Shown piece after piece: positions 60,615 to 64,000 of a DNA stretch of 64,000 nt; the first letter of the stretch is position 1, and the number at the start of each line of letters is the position of its first letter. This stretch comes from Candidatus Woesearchaeota archaeon. Its GTDB lineage: Archaea > Nanobdellota > Nanobdellia > Woesearchaeales > JABIAG01. The translations under genes were made by a program, and so were the position numbers. The stretch is from contig JABIAG010000003.1 in NCBI GenBank assembly GCA_018653365.1, forward strand, positions 96,001-160,000, given 5' to 3'. The notes below the pieces were generated by a model. The model was not told the origin of the DNA. It did not search any database and saw only the letters and a program-made list of their open reading frames with translations.

Positions 60615-61415
60615 TTATTCGATTGTTTTTATTCCAACAACGCGTTTTCTTATGGTTGCACTTATTCTGTCGATTAAGATTACCATTCCCACCATGATCA
60701 TTAGAATTGTTAAGACCTCTTGGTTTTTGAATAACCGCATGCTTGTTAAAAGTTCCATTCCAATTCCTCCCGCTCCAACGAGTCCAAGCACTGTGGCTGC
60801 TCTGAAGTTGTTTTCTAGGTAGTAAAGTATGTAGTTTATGAATGCAGGTTTTACTTGAGGAATTATTCCTTTTATAACCACTTGTATTTTGTTTGCTCCT
60901 GTTGAGAGTATGGCTTTTATTATTTTTGGGTCAACAGTTTCTATTGATTCTGAAAAGTATCTTCCTAGTGCCCCTGCAACATGGGCTGAGAGTGCAAGAA
61001 CTCCGGGAAATGGCCCTAAGCCGACCATGGATACAAATATTAGACCCCAAACAATCTCATTTATTCCTCTACAAATGTCAAAAAAGGTTCTTATGGTGTG
61101 ATAAACAAATTTGTTTGGCATTATATTGCGTGCAGCTAAAAATGAAAGGGGTAATGCGATTATGGCACCGATTGTTGTTCCTAAAATTGCCATTTGAAGT
61201 GTTTCCAGCCCTTTTAGTAAAAACGTGCCTATGTTGCTAAAGTCTGGGGGAAACATTCGTCTAATAAAATCCGCCATGTGAGGGATTCCCTGAGCAAAGC
61301 TTGTTGGGCTGGTTCCGGTTCCGCTTATTGCCCAATAATAGACTAGAACTATTAGCAATCCAATTATTAGTTTCTGATATTTTTTCTTTATTATTGTGTT
61401 GGGTATTTTTTTCAT
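60615..61415 (-). CDS. phnE: Phosphonate/phosphite ABC permease
   Basis: ETLQMAILGT, VGLGPFPG, E.NFRAATVLGLVGAGGIG. Confidence 0.93.
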   Translation of the reverse strand: MKKIPNTIIKKKYQKLIIGLLIVLVYYWAISGTGTSPTSFAQGIPHMADFIRRMFPPDFSNIGTFLLKGLETLQMAILGTTIGAIIALPLSFLAARNIMPNKFVYHTIRTFFDICRGINEIVWGLIFVSMVGLGPFPGVLALSAHVAGALGRYFSESIETVDPKIIKAILSTGANKIQVVIKGIIPQVKPAFINYILYYLENNFRAATVLGLVGAGGIGMELLTSMRLFKNQEVLTILMIMVGMVILIDRISATIRKRVVGIKTIE

Positions 61416-61418
61416 TTC

Positions 61419-62192
61419 TTAAAACCCGGTTTTTCCATATAAAAACCACTCTTTTGTTTTTCCGTAAATGTCTACTATGTCTTTTTCTGTTAGTTCTTCT
61501 GGAAGTCCATCAAAGACTATGTTTCCCTCTTTCATTCCAATAATTCTTGTTCCATACCTTTTTGCAAATTCAAGAAAGTGCAGGCTTGTTATGAGTGTTA
61601 TTCCTTTTTCTTTACATATTGTTGTGAGTAGGTCCATGACTTCTTTCATAAGTTTCGGGTCTAGGCTAGATACTGGTTCATCTGCCAGAATCACTGCAGG
61701 GTTTTGTGATAATGCTCTTGCTATTGCAACTCTTTGTTTTTGTCCTCCGCTCAGATTAGATACTCGTTCATTTTCGTATTCTCCTAACCCAACAACTTTT
61801 AGGTTTTCTTTTGCAATCGCAATGTCTTCTTTAGAAAACTTTCCAAATAATGTTTGTACCGTGCTTAAATATTTAAGTCTTCCATTTAGAACATTTTTTA
61901 GTACACTCTCGCTTTCAACAAGGTTGTACTCTTGGAAGATCATTCCTATGCTTCCTCTAATTTTTGTTGCATGGTGTATGTCACAATTTAGAATTTCTTT
62001 TTCTTCAATGTATATCTTTCCTGAGGTTGGGTCAATAAGTCTGTTAATACATTTTAGAAGGGTCGATTTTCCTGATCCGCTTGAACCTATAACTACTAAA
62101 CTCTCCCCTTTTTTTATTTGGAGGTTTATGTTGTTAACGGCTTCTTCTTCTCTACCTTCGTATTTATGGGTCAAGCCCTCTATTCGTATCAT
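61419..62192 (-). CDS. phnC: Phosphonate/phosphite ABC ATPase
   Basis: GSSGSGKST, NVLNGRL, LSGGQKQR, ADEPVSSLDP. Confidence 0.93.
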   Translation of the reverse strand: MIRIEGLTHKYEGREEEAVNNINLQIKKGESLVVIGSSGSGKSTLLKCINRLIDPTSGKIYIEEKEILNCDIHHATKIRGSIGMIFQEYNLVESESVLKNVLNGRLKYLSTVQTLFGKFSKEDIAIAKENLKVVGLGEYENERVSNLSGGQKQRVAIARALSQNPAVILADEPVSSLDPKLMKEVMDLLTTICKEKGITLITSLHFLEFAKRYGTRIIGMKEGNIVFDGLPEELTEKDIVDIYGKTKEWFLYGKTGF

Positions 62193-62224
62193 TTTCTTTC
62201 AAAAAATAAAAAAATAAATTATAT

Positions 62225-63106
62225 TTACTTATTTGCTGCTTCTGCACTGCTAACATCCATGTCAAGTAATCTTGCAGTTTCTCTGATTACATCATAATCG
62301 CTGTCGGATACTTTTTGGTAGCTTGTAATTCCACCCCATCCGTCTACTTTATGGATTGTTTGTTCATCCATTTCTAGTAAGGCAGTTTGTATCCTGGTTT
62401 TTAGTTCTGCCGGTAAGCTCCCCCTTACTACTATTGGTGAACCGGGAATTGGTTCTGATTCGTGGATGATTATGTTTATTTCTGGGTCTATTTCTCCAGC
62501 TTCTATCATTCTTTGGTGAACATTATCTCCTGCTGCCCCCGCGTCTACTTTGCCATTTGCTATTGCGTATTGTACTGCGTTGTGTGTTCCTGCAAAGAAG
62601 CTGGTGCTGAAGTCTTTATCTGGGTCAATTCCGTTTTCGATTAGCATTTTTCTTGGTATTAAATTTCCTGATGTTGATGCAGGGTCTACAAAAGCGAAAC
62701 TTTTACCTTTAAGATCTTCTAATGTTTTAATTCCGCTTTCAGCGTTAACAATTATCACGGATTTATAGGTTGCACTTCCAGTACTTGCTTTTACTCCGTT
62801 AACTATTGCTTCTGCATCTGCAACATTGGCTGCGATTACATATGAGAATGGTCCAAACCATGCCATGTCAATATGTTCTGCTCTCATTGCTTCTATTGCG
62901 GCGGTGTAGTCTGAGGTTACTTGTATTTCAACGGGCATATCTAGTTTTTGTGAAAGGTATTCTTGTATTGGTTCATAATTTCTTAGCATTTCATCTGCAT
63001 CATCTGCAGGGATCAATCCCATTTTTAGAACGTTTTCTTCTTCTTTTTGACATCCCACTAATGCGATTAGTAAGATCAGACAAATAACTAATATTTCTTT
63101 TTTCAT
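62225..63106 (-). CDS. phnD: Phosphonate/phosphite ABC substrate-binding lipoprotein (PhnD/PtxB family)
   Basis: Lipobox LVGC, DYTAAIEAMR, FGPFSY, DPASTSG. Confidence 0.92.
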   Translation of the reverse strand: MKKEILVICLILLIALVGCQKEEENVLKMGLIPADDADEMLRNYEPIQEYLSQKLDMPVEIQVTSDYTAAIEAMRAEHIDMAWFGPFSYVIAANVADAEAIVNGVKASTGSATYKSVIIVNAESGIKTLEDLKGKSFAFVDPASTSGNLIPRKMLIENGIDPDKDFSTSFFAGTHNAVQYAIANGKVDAGAAGDNVHQRMIEAGEIDPEINIIIHESEPIPGSPIVVRGSLPAELKTRIQTALLEMDEQTIHKVDGWGGITSYQKVSDSDYDVIRETARLLDMDVSSAEAANK

Positions 63107-63130
63107 TTTTCCCCACCTCAGTCTGTTGTT

Positions 63131-63532
63131 TTATTGTTTTTTTATTCTATTTTTTATAGCAGTACTTGATTGATTTTTATAGTATGGAAGCATGATGATT
63201 CGTCCATTTGGAAGGGCCTTTTTTAATTTCTTAAGATAAGGATTCCCTATGTGGCTTGTACTTTCTATTGTGATGTCTGGTTGTATGGCTTTTAAGTTCT
63301 CAATTGGAGAATATTCGTTTTGGGGAACTGCACAATCAACACATTTGAGTGCACTTATAAGCTTCACGCGTTCTCTAAATGACAATGCAGGTCTTGCTTT
63401 TTTCTCCATTACGGCTTCATCTGTTAGCACTCCAACAATTAACTTATCTCCAAGCGCTTTTGCATTCTCCAAGAACAGTAAATGTCCTTCGTGCAATATA
63501 TCTCCACATACGTAAGCATATACTATCTTCAT
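63131..63532 (-). CDS. HIGH-family cytidylyltransferase (TagD / Fom1-CyTase-like)
   Basis: GDILHEGH, LIVGVLTDEA, ER, SST. Confidence 0.9.
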   Translation of the reverse strand: MKIVYAYVCGDILHEGHLLFLENAKALGDKLIVGVLTDEAVMEKKARPALSFRERVKLISALKCVDCAVPQNEYSPIENLKAIQPDITIESTSHIGNPYLKKLKKALPNGRIIMLPYYKNQSSTAIKNRIKKQ

Positions 63533-63636
63533 TTTTTTCCCTCTCCCACCTCATAGACTTAAGTTGAGACACTATTTATAAAGCTTACACCAAAACATTT
63601 ATATATGATTGATGATTACTCCTTATTGGTGATAAC

Positions 63637-64000
63637 CTGGATTATGCTACTAAACGCCAAGCAAGCAAAATATTAAGCACGCTTGTGGGTAATAATGATA
63701 CGAATTTTAAAACTCCTTCAAGATTTATAGAACATTCTAAGGAGGTTGCAGGTAATGTTGAAGCGGTTTATGATAGATTAGGATTGCCCGCTCAAGAGGG
63801 TTGGTTAGCTGGTCTATTTCACGATATTGGAAGATGTTTTGCTAAGGATCCCAAAGGACACACATTTCATGAAATTGGGAGTGGTAGAATTATTGAAAGA
63901 GATGGTGTTGAGTTAAAATTGTCTCCTGACCAAGCAATTTGTGATAGACTTGCACAATCCGTTAGATCTCATTTTTTAGTTGCAGAACAGTTTAGGATGC
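63637..64000 (+). CDS. HD-domain phosphohydrolase (partial, runs off the window)
   Basis: Open frame: IEHSKEV...AGLFHDIGR...HEIGS...SH; start probably CTG 63637 after GGTGAT, or GTG 63685. Confidence 0.8.
   Translation, partial: MDYATKRQASKILSTLVGNNDTNFKTPSRFIEHSKEVAGNVEAVYDRLGLPAQEGWLAGLFHDIGRCFAKDPKGHTFHEIGSGRIIERDGVELKLSPDQAICDRLAQSVRSHFLVAEQFRM

Overview
AT-rich archaeal chromosome segment, most consistent with a DPANN lineage such as Woesearchaeota (inferred from gene content, a short NFACT protein, an unlinked 5S rRNA and a free-standing LAGLIDADG gene beside tRNAs). Contents in order: end of the S4-S11-RpoD-L18e-L13-S9-RpoN operon, leuS, an orphan HExxH gene flanked by a duplicated leuS 3' end, SRP RNA, a presenilin-like protease, a pilin-like gene, a 2474-aa Ca-binding/Ig-repeat surface protein, trpS, lactate permease, HerA-like ATPase, PPIase, dnaG, rio1-dim2-top6B-top6A, a LAGLIDADG gene overlapping an intron-containing tRNA-Arg, tRNA-Cys, a redox/ABC block, ABCE1/aMBF1/NFACT, and a ~21 kb surface-glycosylation region (containing the 5S rRNA) that ends in a cytidylyltransferase-phnDCE-cytidylyltransferase cluster. 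Best leads: (1) a 53-bp two-copy element whose 8 differences all preserve a hairpin plus pseudoknot-like fold; one copy abuts the SRP RNA 3' end and the other lies between 15-bp direct repeats; (2) a phosphonate/phosphite import-and-CMP-activation cluster next to glycosyltransferases; (3) a LAGLIDADG / structured leader / intron-tRNA unit; (4) a long structured leader upstream of dnaG. No CRISPR array, integrase or transposase was seen. All calls come from manual reading of motifs; no database searches were run.
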